DNA of 64,000 nucleotides, from NCBI GenBank assembly GCA_963846095.1, contig CAWJUW010000015.1, forward strand, positions 127,834 to 191,833. Direction: 5' to 3'. This document shows, in pieces, positions 8,191 through 17,742 of this stretch (position 1 is its first letter; every line of letters begins with the position of its first letter). Origin of the DNA: an uncultured Acidobacteriaceae bacterium. GTDB lineage: Bacteria > Acidobacteriota > Terriglobia > Terriglobales > Acidobacteriaceae. The notes beneath the pieces were generated by a model. That model had not been told where the DNA came from. It saw only the letters and a program-made list of their open reading frames with translations, and ran no database searches. The translations under genes and the position numbers were made by a program.

Positions 8191-11112
8191 ATGATCCGTC
8201 TGGGGATCCTTTTGTCCTCTCTACTCGCAGTAACGGCTCCCTCCCTGGCAACCGTTAAGGTAACAAGTCCGACGCCGGGCTCAACCGTGACCTCGCCGGT
8301 GCATTACGTCGCCACAGCAACGTCCAGCACCTGCTCGAAGGGCGTTGCGTCAATGGGCATTTACGTGAATAACAAGCACGTCTACACCGTCAAGGCCAAA
8401 TCGCTGAGCACTACGATCAGCCTGGCATTGGGGTCTCAGCATACGGTGGTGGAGGAGTGGGATAAGTGCGGCGGGGCGTCGACGGAAACAGTCAATCTGA
8501 CTGTGGTCGCTCCGAAGCCTACGGTCACGATCTCGGCTAACCCCACAACCGTGAAAGCCGGCTCGTCTTCGGTCGTGAAGGTCACGGCCACAAAGGCAAC
8601 CAAGGTCACGCTGACAGGCACCAACGGTAGTTCGTACACGCTTTCTTCGACGGGTGGGTCCGAAACAGTAAAGCCGACCCAGACGACAACCTACACGGCG
8701 ACAGCAACCGGGACGGGTGGAACGGTCACAGCAGAAACAACGGTCACGGTCCCTGTTCCCGGTCCGACGGTTTCGATCGGCGCCAATCCCACGTCGATCA
8801 CCGCGGGAGGTTCTTCTCTCTTAACCGTACAGGCATCGAACGCCACGACGGTGACGATTGCGGGCAGCGACGGCAGCTCGTATTCGCTCTCGGCCACTGG
8901 GGGCACTCAGTCGGTCAGCCCGGCCAAAACGACAACCTATACCGCGAGCGCCGTTGGGGCGAGCAGCACAGTTACAGCCAAGACTACGGTTACGGTGACA
9001 ACCGCTCCTGTGCCCACGGTGAGCATCAGCGCCAATCCCCCATCGATTGCTTCGGGAGGATCGTCGAAGCTTACAGTGACTGCCACCAATGCCAGCAGCG
9101 TAACGCTCACCGGCAATGACAACACCTCGTATCCGATGACCACCAGCGGCGGTAATGCGACCGTCACCCCGGGTGCAACAACCACCTATACTGCGACCGC
9201 ATTCGGTACGCCTTCAAGCGTATCGGTGACAGCGACAGCTACCGTGACGGTTGGGGCGAAGGCGATTACGTCGATCGCTGTCTCCGGTTCGTCCAGCTTC
9301 GCTCTTGGGTCAACGCAACAGTTCACAGCGACCGCAACGTACAACGACAACTCGACCTCCGACGTCACCTCATCAGCAACATGGTCGATTGCGAACCTGG
9401 CGGTTGCAACCATCGATTCATCCGGCCTTGCGTCCTCAGCGGCAGCGGGATCGACCAGCGCAACGGCGACGCAGGGCGGAATCTCCGGCACGGAAGCGAT
9501 CACGGTAACGATTGCACCGGGTACCGCTGTGAGCATTCCAACCTGGCACGGCGATACCTACCGCAGCGGACTTAACTCCAACGAGCTTTCGTTGACGACG
9601 ACGAACGTGAATTCGCAGAACTTCGGGAAGCTGTTTTCGTACATCGTGAACGGCTTTGCATACGCGCAGCCGCTGCTGATTTCGGGCGTAACGATCAACG
9701 GAAATACGCACAACGTGCTGTACGTCGCGACCGAGACGAACGACGTATATGCATTCGATGCCGACAACTATGGGGCGCCTTTGTGGCACGTCAACGTGAT
9801 GCAATCGGGTGAGTCACCGGATAATCCGGGATCGGGTTCCACCTTGCAGCCGACGATCGGCATTACTTCCACTCCTGTGATCGACACGAACACGAACATC
9901 ATGTATGTGGTGTCGAAACAGACAGCGAGCGGCGGCGCCTTTTTCCGGTTGAATGCGCTCGATATCACCACGGGCGCGCAAGTGTTGGGCGGCCCTGTCA
10001 AGATCAGCGCCTCAGTGCCGGCAACCAACTCCGCTTCGGTGAACGGTGTTCAGACACTGACTACGTCGTGTATCCAACGCGCATCTCTGCTGGAAGCGTA
10101 CGGCAACATTTATTTCGGCTTCGGCAGCTGCCACACAGGATGGCTGCTCGCCTACAACAAGAGCACGCTGCAGCAAACGGCTGTGTTCAATGCCAGCCCC
10201 AACCTGGATGGCGAGGGACAATACGCGAGTGCCGGAGGCGTGTGGATGGGCGGAGGCGGCCCTGCGTCGAACGGCGATGGGTACGTCTACATCACGACGG
10301 GGAATGGTCCGTGGGACGGTCAGACAGCGTGGTCCGATTCGGTGCTGCAGCTCGATCCGCAAACACTGAACGTGGTGAGCTACTTCACGCCGCAGTACTA
10401 CCAATACATGGACTGCAACGATGGAGACATGGCGTCCAGCGGATTGTTGCTGATTCCCGGCAGCTCCCCTCCCATGGCGCTCACGGGTACGAAGATCGGG
10501 TATATGTACCTTGTGAACACAAATAATCTTGGCGGCGAGCAGGCGAATGACGCCGGCGTGCTCGACTGGCATGTCTTCGAGTCGGACCTGAGTCCAACGT
10601 TCTCGAAATCCTGCACGGACTCGACCGGAGTGAACACGATTCAGGCGAGCCATTACCAGATGTATGGAGCCCCGGCCTACTTCAATAGCTCTGTATACCT
10701 GGGTGTTACTCCGGAGGTTTCCGGACTTCCGGCCGGGGTACGGCAATTCACGCTTTCGGGAACGAAGCTGACGCCGGGCAGCTACACATCGGATGCTACG
10801 GAAGAAGGCATTCGCGGCACCACTCCTTTCGTCTCGGCGAATGGAACTTCGGATGGCGTCCTTTGGTTCATCGACCAGAACCAGCCGCTTGGCACGAGCT
10901 CGCCGGGAACCGCAATCCTGCGGGCTTTCGACCCGAACAACCTCGGTACCGAGTTATACGACAGCAATATGAACTCAAGCGATGCGCCGGGATATGGCAT
11001 CAAGTTCACGGTGCCGATTGTCGCCAACGGCAAAGTGTATGTCCCCACGGCTCATAACCTGACGACTGCCTCGACGCCGCAAAGCGAGATCGATGTGTAC
11101 GGCCTGAACTAG
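8191..11112 (+). CDS. Secreted Thr-rich Ig-repeat protein with Big_2-like domain and C-terminal PQQ-like beta-propeller
   Basis: Signal peptide; three ~82-aa repeats PTVxIxANP...TTTYTA; Big_2-like TQQFTATATYNDNSTSDVTSSATWS; propeller region TWHGDTYRSGLN...FGKLF...AQPL...GITSTPVID...PIVANGKVYV. Confidence 0.8.
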   Translation: MIRLGILLSSLLAVTAPSLATVKVTSPTPGSTVTSPVHYVATATSSTCSKGVASMGIYVNNKHVYTVKAKSLSTTISLALGSQHTVVEEWDKCGGASTETVNLTVVAPKPTVTISANPTTVKAGSSSVVKVTATKATKVTLTGTNGSSYTLSSTGGSETVKPTQTTTYTATATGTGGTVTAETTVTVPVPGPTVSIGANPTSITAGGSSLLTVQASNATTVTIAGSDGSSYSLSATGGTQSVSPAKTTTYTASAVGASSTVTAKTTVTVTTAPVPTVSISANPPSIASGGSSKLTVTATNASSVTLTGNDNTSYPMTTSGGNATVTPGATTTYTATAFGTPSSVSVTATATVTVGAKAITSIAVSGSSSFALGSTQQFTATATYNDNSTSDVTSSATWSIANLAVATIDSSGLASSAAAGSTSATATQGGISGTEAITVTIAPGTAVSIPTWHGDTYRSGLNSNELSLTTTNVNSQNFGKLFSYIVNGFAYAQPLLISGVTINGNTHNVLYVATETNDVYAFDADNYGAPLWHVNVMQSGESPDNPGSGSTLQPTIGITSTPVIDTNTNIMYVVSKQTASGGAFFRLNALDITTGAQVLGGPVKISASVPATNSASVNGVQTLTTSCIQRASLLEAYGNIYFGFGSCHTGWLLAYNKSTLQQTAVFNASPNLDGEGQYASAGGVWMGGGGPASNGDGYVYITTGNGPWDGQTAWSDSVLQLDPQTLNVVSYFTPQYYQYMDCNDGDMASSGLLLIPGSSPPMALTGTKIGYMYLVNTNNLGGEQANDAGVLDWHVFESDLSPTFSKSCTDSTGVNTIQASHYQMYGAPAYFNSSVYLGVTPEVSGLPAGVRQFTLSGTKLTPGSYTSDATEEGIRGTTPFVSANGTSDGVLWFIDQNQPLGTSSPGTAILRAFDPNNLGTELYDSNMNSSDAPGYGIKFTVPIVANGKVYVPTAHNLTTASTPQSEIDVYGLN
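8515..9255 (+). repeat. Three tandem intragenic Ig-like repeats (~82 aa each)
   Basis: PTVTISANPTTVKAG / PTVSIGANPTSITAG / PTVSISANPPSIASG, each ending TTTYTA(T/S)A...TVTV. Boundaries are approximate. Confidence 0.85.
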
Positions 11113-11127
11113 AAGCGGTTCAGCAAG

Positions 11128-11178
11128 CATGCAAGAACGCCGCACGATGGATGCACCGTGCGGCGTTTCTTTGATGCA
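11128..11178. terminator. Bidirectional terminator-like hairpin between convergent genes
   Basis: AAGAACGCCGCACG-atggatgcac-CGTGCGGCGTTTCTT. Confidence 0.75.
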
Positions 11179-11184
11179 CGCGTC

Positions 11185-13620
11185 TCAGAAAGAGGCAACA
11201 AGCCTCAACGTGAATTGACGCGAGGGACCGATCGCGTTGCCTGAAAACAAGCCGCCAAAGTCAATCAGTTCGAGGGTGTTGCTGAGATTGTCGGCGTCGC
11301 CCTGCAAACGCAACGATCCTTTGTCGCCGTGGAGAAGGTCGGCGCCGACCGTGATGCTCTCTGTCAGATGGGGATCGATTCGGTTGCGGTTGAAGTTCAA
11401 ATGGCGGACAACCACTTGTCCGTATTCGGCGGCATATTGTTGTGGAGTCAGGTCAGGTTGAAAGGGAAGGCCGCTGTTGTAGTTGCTTCCAACCGCAAAC
11501 CAAAAGCGCGGAGCCGCCTGATAGCGAATACGTCCGCGCACCGTATTGCGCTGATCCTGGGTGTCGGGAAAGTGCCCGGTCAATTGTGTGGTCGCACTCG
11601 TCGCGTCGTCCCCAAGAAACAGGCCGCCCGTCACCGGATACCAGGCATTGCCTACGATGTACGAGTAACTGCCGAAACCGGAGAATCGGCCCCAGTGCTG
11701 TACTTCCAACTTCGCTTCGGCGCCATAGAGAACCGCCTTCTCGAACGAGATGGGAAAGCTGATTCCTGTGCTGAGGACCTGCGCGTCGTCGGCGAAGTTA
11801 TTCACGGCTCGGCGAAACACGTTCGTGTCGACCCGGAGCTTGCCGAATGCCTTCATCGCGCCGGCCTCGTAGTAGCTCCCATGCGACGGTTGAACCGGAA
11901 GCTGAATGGCGGGCACGCTCGTGTCCAGCGACTCTGCTGCAGGCGAACTCGAGAGAAGAATGTTCTCGAACGAGGGCGTCTGAAAGATGCGGTCGTATGA
12001 CCCGTGAATGTTCGCGCCAAGCGAAGGAAAATAGCGCGAGATTGCCACGCGCGGGCTGAAAGCATTCTGGTTGACCAGAAGCTGATAGTGATCCCAGCGA
12101 AGTCCGGCATTCACAGTCCAATTGCCGAGGCGTACGAGATCCTGCACGTAAGCAGACTGCTCCAGATCCGGACGACTGCCGGTGAACGAAAACGTCGTGG
12201 CCCCGGCGTCAAGGATGCCAAGGTTGATGGGGCAGCGCACGTCGGTCGGATCGACGCAATCCGGCATCACGTAATTGAAATCTTCATTCAGGAAGAGAGC
12301 ATCGGACTCGAAGCCGCCCTTCCACTCCTGCTTACCGCGATGAACCGAGAGACTGCCATTGAAATAGACCTCCTTGAAGTCGTTATGCTGCGTGGCGATC
12401 AACGGCCACGATGCCGGATTCGAATAGAAGTCATTGGAGTTGTCGCGCGCCATGCCGCGAAGCATGCCGAGCATGTCAGGCGAGAAGATGTGCTGGTAGG
12501 AAATGCTCCCCATCGTCTCGAAGTTGTCGCCCGTCTGGTACTGGCCGCCGGGGATATAGACGCAGTCGTCCGGCTCGTCGGCGGGCGGACCGGACGGGCA
12601 CCCGGTGGTGTTGTCGGCATTGGGCAGATAGGCGCCGTTCTGCTGCACCAGCTCATTGGGGATCGCATAACGCGCCAGTTCATGGTGGGTGATGAGAGTG
12701 ACTCGATCTTTCGGGGTGATCTCCCGCTCATAGCTCAAGGAAAAGCTGCCGTTGGTTCCATTGTTGGTGTAGTTCTGCGGGACGACAGGATTGAGGTAGT
12801 GATCCGACATCGCTCCTGATGCGCTGAAGCCAACCGTATTCCGCTTCCATGTGTATTGATCCTGTGTATCGATTCCGCCCGTGTCGTAGCTTCCGCCAAA
12901 GAGGGAGAACTGCCCATGAAATCCAGGCTGGCCATTCTTGAGCGTGTTCACTTCAACCACGCCGCCCATTTTGCGGCCGAACTCGGCGGGAATGCCCGCT
13001 GTGTAGACGGTGAGCGATTCCACGTCATCGGCGTTCATCTCCGGTCCGAAGCTCGGGGAACGATTATCCGTAAGCGGGATGCCGTCCACGACAAACTGAG
13101 TCTGATACTCCGAGCCGCGCGGGTGAAGCACGGCATTGCCTTCGTAAAGCCAGCCGGGCTCGGAGTTGACGAGGTCCTGCATGGAACGACCGGGCAACGC
13201 GGTCAGCCGCTCCTGGATAGTCTGCTCGCCGATCTCATTCACGGAGCCAGCACGATAAGGATCGATCAGGGTGTTTTCCGCATTCACGGTCACCGATTGC
13301 GATACCGACGCGACCTTCAGCTGAACGGTCCGTTCGAACGGAAGGGCGGACCGAACCTCGACCTGGTCGTTTGTATCCGCGAAAGAGGTCGAATGAATTT
13401 GGAGCTCATAGATTCCGTAGGGCAGCCGCGGGACATCCAGATTGCCTTGCGCGTCTGTAGGGAGAGTGGTGCGGTACTGGTTTGCCTGGCTGGCAATCTG
13501 AACCGTGCCGGGAACGGCACGTCCGGAGGGATCGATGAGGTGCAGCCGCAATTCACCCTTGTTGCTTTGCGAAAGAGCCGGGAAGGCAACCACGAGCAGC
13601 AGCAAAACGAAACGTCTCAA
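11185..13620 (-). CDS. TonB-dependent receptor (TBDR2)
   Basis: Carboxypeptidase-like N-domain, plug (VVDGIPLTD...PAEFGRKMGGVVEV), YVQD...NAGLRWD, C-terminal Phe. Start placed at TTG 13620 (LRRFVLLLLVVAFPALSQ signal peptide); the ORF track start is 13698. Confidence 0.9.
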   Translation of the reverse strand: MRRFVLLLLVVAFPALSQSNKGELRLHLIDPSGRAVPGTVQIASQANQYRTTLPTDAQGNLDVPRLPYGIYELQIHSTSFADTNDQVEVRSALPFERTVQLKVASVSQSVTVNAENTLIDPYRAGSVNEIGEQTIQERLTALPGRSMQDLVNSEPGWLYEGNAVLHPRGSEYQTQFVVDGIPLTDNRSPSFGPEMNADDVESLTVYTAGIPAEFGRKMGGVVEVNTLKNGQPGFHGQFSLFGGSYDTGGIDTQDQYTWKRNTVGFSASGAMSDHYLNPVVPQNYTNNGTNGSFSLSYEREITPKDRVTLITHHELARYAIPNELVQQNGAYLPNADNTTGCPSGPPADEPDDCVYIPGGQYQTGDNFETMGSISYQHIFSPDMLGMLRGMARDNSNDFYSNPASWPLIATQHNDFKEVYFNGSLSVHRGKQEWKGGFESDALFLNEDFNYVMPDCVDPTDVRCPINLGILDAGATTFSFTGSRPDLEQSAYVQDLVRLGNWTVNAGLRWDHYQLLVNQNAFSPRVAISRYFPSLGANIHGSYDRIFQTPSFENILLSSSPAAESLDTSVPAIQLPVQPSHGSYYEAGAMKAFGKLRVDTNVFRRAVNNFADDAQVLSTGISFPISFEKAVLYGAEAKLEVQHWGRFSGFGSYSYIVGNAWYPVTGGLFLGDDATSATTQLTGHFPDTQDQRNTVRGRIRYQAAPRFWFAVGSNYNSGLPFQPDLTPQQYAAEYGQVVVRHLNFNRNRIDPHLTESITVGADLLHGDKGSLRLQGDADNLSNTLELIDFGGLFSGNAIGPSRQFTLRLVASF

Positions 13621-13854
13621 AACCGCAACCTCGAAGAAACCTGACGCATGAACAGCTGGATCGAGTTGGCACCCGAGAATCTCACCGCTACTATCCAATA
13701 TTCCACGACAGAAGGTCTTGTTCAGGCTTTTTCAGGGGGTAGGCGACAAAGCAATACACAGAACGGTCGCGCGGCGTTGGCGCACAAGGATTACGTTGCC
13801 GGTGCAATCGCGCGCCAATCCTTACGCAATCCTGATTCGCGGTTGTGTACTTTA

Positions 13855-13884
13855 TTGACAGATGAATATCCGGGTCCCTAGATT
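13855..13884 (+). promoter_or_regulatory. Sigma70-type promoter for the leader/TBDR3 transcript
   Basis: TTGACA (13855-13860), 18-bp spacer, TAGATT (13879-13884). An ATG follows 7 nt later. Confidence 0.7.
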
Positions 13885-13891
13885 TAGGTTC

Positions 13892-13960
13892 ATGCCTGAT
13901 GCCTATCCGTTGTGTCCCACGGCTTGTTGTCGGCTCCACAACGCCATGTTGGTGGATTAG
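13892..13960 (+). CDS. Candidate leaderless Cys-containing leader peptide MPDAYPLCPTACCRLHNAMLVD*
   Basis: ATG at the predicted TSS; three TGT Cys codons (two adjacent); alternative hairpins overlap them. Translation is inferred. Confidence 0.5.
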   Translation: MPDAYPLCPTACCRLHNAMLVD

Positions 13961-14164
13961 ATCGCAATGGTTCAGTGACGGTCCCCAAGCACTACCCGCC
14001 TGACCCTACTCCAACTCCTTAAACGCAAGTAAGTTTGCTCGCTCGGCACCGTTTTTTTCAATCCGCACGCCCGCGTTCGCAGACCGGTTCTTTCGCGCAA
14101 ACAGGAGTGAACCCGTCTCGAAAATCAACTTGGCAAGCTGTCTGAAACTTTCCCAGGAGGCTGT

Positions 14165-17100
14165 ATGCAACAAAAGAAATCGTTTTCATTATTACTGATC
14201 CTAGGCGGTCTGCTCTTTTTGCCCGCCTTATTGAACGCGCAGACATTTCGCGGCAGCATCAACGGCACGGTGACGGATTCCTCTGGAGCCGCGGTACCGG
14301 GCGCCAAGGTGATGGCCACCGAGGTCGCCACAGGAACTGTTCGAGACACAGTCTCATCCGGAGCGGGCGAGTTTCTCTTCAACGATATTCCCCAGGGCGC
14401 CTACAACATCAAGGTGGACGCGTCGGGTTTCCAGACCGAGCAGATCAATGGCGTACAGGTTCTGACCGGCAAGATTTATACCCTTCCGGTGAAGGTGAGC
14501 GTGGCCAAGCAGGCGACCACGATTGAAGTATCCGCGGATGCCCTGTCGCTCGACACCACCACAGAGGTGCAAACGGCGACCCTCGAGGGCGAATCGCTGC
14601 AGGATGTTCCGCTCAACGGCCGCGATTTCACGCAGCTCATGGGGACCTCGGTTTCCTTTTCCGGGTACAACAACTCCGGCTCGGTAAACGGCATGCGGAA
14701 CAACCAACTCAACTACACCATCGACGGTACGGATAACAACGACCTGTACCTGAACGTAAATGCGGTCAACCAGGGCAGCATCAGCGGTATCGCCGGCGTT
14801 GTCTATCCCGTTGAAGCGCTCGATGAATACTCGCTGCAGACCACGGGCAACAGCGAATCCGGCCGCAGCCCCGGCGGCAACCTGAACATCTCAACGAAAT
14901 CGGGCTCGAATACCTGGCACGGAGACGCTTACTACTACAACCGCAACGAGGCGCTGGCAGTTGTCTCTCCCTTTGCAACATCCGGAGCGCCGGAGCAGCC
15001 CTTGCGCAACCAGAACTATGGCGGTTCGCTCGGCGGGCCCATCCAGCACGACAAGACGTTTTTCTTCCTCACCTACGAGGAGCAGAAGTTTCTCATCGGA
15101 TTGTCCAACTCCACCACCGAGCCTTCTGCGGCGTACCAGGCGCTGGCTCTCGCGGAGCTGAACAAATATGGCGTCGCGCCCAGCGCGGTCTCGCAGAATA
15201 TTCTCAGCCAGCTGTGGGAACCCAGTCTCACCGCCAGCCTTCCGGCTACGCCGGGCAATTACTCCAGCAACGCGCCGGAGAGCGGATATAGTCACAACCT
15301 GGTGGTCCATCTCGACCACAACTTCAGCGACAAGAGCCATCTTTCCGGCATCTGGTACTTTGGCCAGGGATACGCCGACGCGCCTGCCGGCTCGCTGCTG
15401 CCGAACTACTTCCAGGTGGTTCCCTCGCATAACCAGAACTTCAACGTGACGTGGAACTACAACCTCCGTCCCAACCTGACCAACCAGGTTGCGGCGGGCG
15501 CCAACTTCTTCATTCAGGGCTTTGCCGATGACGTGCACAACCAGGACCTGTTGACGCTGGTTGGACTGAACACGGGCGCCGCAATCACCGGCGCTCCGCT
15601 CATACAGATTGCCGGATTCGACTCGATCGGCGTAACCCCGACCTCGGGCCGCAACGACATCATGGGCCAGATCAGCGACATTCTCACCTGGACCATCGGC
15701 AAGCACCAGATTCGTGCCGGTGTGGATTATCGCCGCGCCTACATCGACCTGTACTACAACTTCGGCGGCCGCGGGACCTTCGGCTTTGGAACCGGCGGCG
15801 TTCTCGGACCCTGGGCGAACGATTCCACGGTCACCGACTCCAATGTGCTGAACCTTGCCGACTTCATGGCGGGCTACGCTTTCCATCCCAGCATCACGCT
15901 GGGTACGCAGGAGCGTTTTATCTACACCCACACCGGCTCGGCTTTTGCGGAGGATTCCTGGCAGCTGACGCCCAAGCTGAACGTCAACCTTGGACTGCGT
16001 TACGACTACGAGCAGCCGTTCTACACCAACCCCCCGAACAGCTCCATCTTCGACCCCAACAACGGTGGCCTGCTGGTGGCCGGTTCTTCCGGGGCGCCTG
16101 CGTACATCTACAACAGCAACAAGACGAATCTCTCGCCGCGCGTCGGTTTCTCCTACCAGTTGACCGACTCTGCGGTGGTTCGCGCCAACTACGGCATCTA
16201 CTTTGACCAGCCTGCCGGCCAGGCCTTCTATGGCAATCTCGGTGTCGCGAATGGCGGCGCCAATGGCGTGAATAACAATCCGGCCGGCAGCGAGCCGAAC
16301 TACTCGATCATCCTTCCGGCGTTCGACCAGTCGACCGGACCTGTCTGGACCCCGGACCAGAGTACGCCCATCTTCACACCCGCCTTGGGCGAGCCCACAG
16401 GGAGCAATGTGGTCTCCGTCTACTCGGTCGACCGAAACTTCAAGACGCCTTACGCAGAACTCTTCGGCCTGAACCTCGAACAAAGCCTGGGTAAGGCCTG
16501 GCAGTTGAACGTTGGCTACGTGGGCTCGGCAAGCCGCCACAACCTGGCTCTGCAGGACGTCAACCAGTCGGCTGTGGTTCCAGGGATTCAGCTGGACCAG
16601 GTCACCGCTCCCACCACCGTGAACGGTGTCACCTATGGCCCGGTAACGGTGAACGGCAACACCTTCAGCGCGCAGCAGGCCACGCGTCCCTACTTCAGCA
16701 GCTTCCCCAACATCGGCATCGTCAACCAGCTCAACTCCGTTGCCTCGGCGAGCTACAACTCCTTGCAGGTCACCTTGCGCAGCAGCACCTGGCACGGGAT
16801 CACCAGCCAGTTCGCCTACGCGTGGAGCCACAACCTGGATGACGCGAGCGGTTTCTATACTGCGCCCCAGAACTCGTTAAACCTGGCCGGGGATCGAGGC
16901 AATGCAAGCCAGGATATCCGCAACCACTTCGCCGGATACTTCAACTACGCGATTCCGGCTGCCAAGGCCGGGCCGAAGGTTCTCACCGCGGGCTGGGAGG
17001 TCAACAGCATCCTCAAGTTCCAGGGCGGTGAGCCGATCAACGTGGTCTCCGGAGCAGACAACAGCGGCACGACCGAGTACCAGGACCGCGCCAGCATTAC

Positions 17101-17488
17101 CGGTAAGGCCCTTAACAGCGACCGCTCCGTTACCAATCAGGGTGGCGCGTTGCTTGCTCAGTACCTCAACCCGAACAGCTTTGCCGTACCGGATCTTGGC
17201 ACCTTCGGCAATCTGGGGCGCAACCAGATCTATGGACCGGGTTTTGAGGACGTGGACCTGTCGCTGCTCAAGAACTTTCCCATCTACAAGGAACGCGTCC
17301 ACGCTCAGTTTCGCGTGGAAATGTTCAACGTCTTCAACCGGGTCAACCTGGCGCAGCCGCTTTCGAACCTGGCCTACGGCTCCCTCTTCGGCGAAAGCAC
17401 CGAAACCATCGGAGGGTCTTACGGCGCGCCCGGCATCGGCTCCGGCGAGCCGTACAACACGCAACTTGCTCTGAAGATCATGTTCTAG
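14165..17488 (+). CDS. TonB-dependent receptor, Oar-like (TBDR3), Cys-free
   Basis: AGGAGG RBS, signal peptide, GTVTDSSGAAVPGA, EDSWQLTPKLNVNLGLRYDY, LSPRVG, C-terminal LKIMF. Confidence 0.93.
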   Translation: MQQKKSFSLLLILGGLLFLPALLNAQTFRGSINGTVTDSSGAAVPGAKVMATEVATGTVRDTVSSGAGEFLFNDIPQGAYNIKVDASGFQTEQINGVQVLTGKIYTLPVKVSVAKQATTIEVSADALSLDTTTEVQTATLEGESLQDVPLNGRDFTQLMGTSVSFSGYNNSGSVNGMRNNQLNYTIDGTDNNDLYLNVNAVNQGSISGIAGVVYPVEALDEYSLQTTGNSESGRSPGGNLNISTKSGSNTWHGDAYYYNRNEALAVVSPFATSGAPEQPLRNQNYGGSLGGPIQHDKTFFFLTYEEQKFLIGLSNSTTEPSAAYQALALAELNKYGVAPSAVSQNILSQLWEPSLTASLPATPGNYSSNAPESGYSHNLVVHLDHNFSDKSHLSGIWYFGQGYADAPAGSLLPNYFQVVPSHNQNFNVTWNYNLRPNLTNQVAAGANFFIQGFADDVHNQDLLTLVGLNTGAAITGAPLIQIAGFDSIGVTPTSGRNDIMGQISDILTWTIGKHQIRAGVDYRRAYIDLYYNFGGRGTFGFGTGGVLGPWANDSTVTDSNVLNLADFMAGYAFHPSITLGTQERFIYTHTGSAFAEDSWQLTPKLNVNLGLRYDYEQPFYTNPPNSSIFDPNNGGLLVAGSSGAPAYIYNSNKTNLSPRVGFSYQLTDSAVVRANYGIYFDQPAGQAFYGNLGVANGGANGVNNNPAGSEPNYSIILPAFDQSTGPVWTPDQSTPIFTPALGEPTGSNVVSVYSVDRNFKTPYAELFGLNLEQSLGKAWQLNVGYVGSASRHNLALQDVNQSAVVPGIQLDQVTAPTTVNGVTYGPVTVNGNTFSAQQATRPYFSSFPNIGIVNQLNSVASASYNSLQVTLRSSTWHGITSQFAYAWSHNLDDASGFYTAPQNSLNLAGDRGNASQDIRNHFAGYFNYAIPAAKAGPKVLTAGWEVNSILKFQGGEPINVVSGADNSGTTEYQDRASITGKALNSDRSVTNQGGALLAQYLNPNSFAVPDLGTFGNLGRNQIYGPGFEDVDLSLLKNFPIYKERVHAQFRVEMFNVFNRVNLAQPLSNLAYGSLFGESTETIGGSYGAPGIGSGEPYNTQLALKIMF

Positions 17489-17504
17489 ATTCGATGGCAA
17501 GCAG

Positions 17505-17541
17505 GGGTGAGCCCGCCTAACTGGCGGGCTCGCCTTTTTCC
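17505..17541 (+). terminator. Intrinsic terminator after TBDR3
   Basis: GGTGAGCCCGCC-taact-GGCGGGCTCGCC-TTTTT. Confidence 0.88.
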
Positions 17542-17742
17542 TGCCTGTAAACCTCTAGACCAGCCCCGCTTGGCCGCAGGCCGGTTTCCGGGTATACTGA
17601 AGATTCGGCAGGCTTGCGGTGTCGTGCGTCTTTTTGCGGCCCGATGGCTTTTCCGGCTTCATGGTCCGGTTCGAGTGGTTCTCAAACGCGCTCACTGGGC
17701 AGAACCCGGCCGCACGAAATAGCAAAGATTTGGAGCAAAGTC

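Noticed and set aside
1730-17488. Genomic island integrated at tRNA-Phe
   Set aside because: No integrase, no duplicate of the tRNA 3' end that I could find, and the genes are typical chromosomal types.
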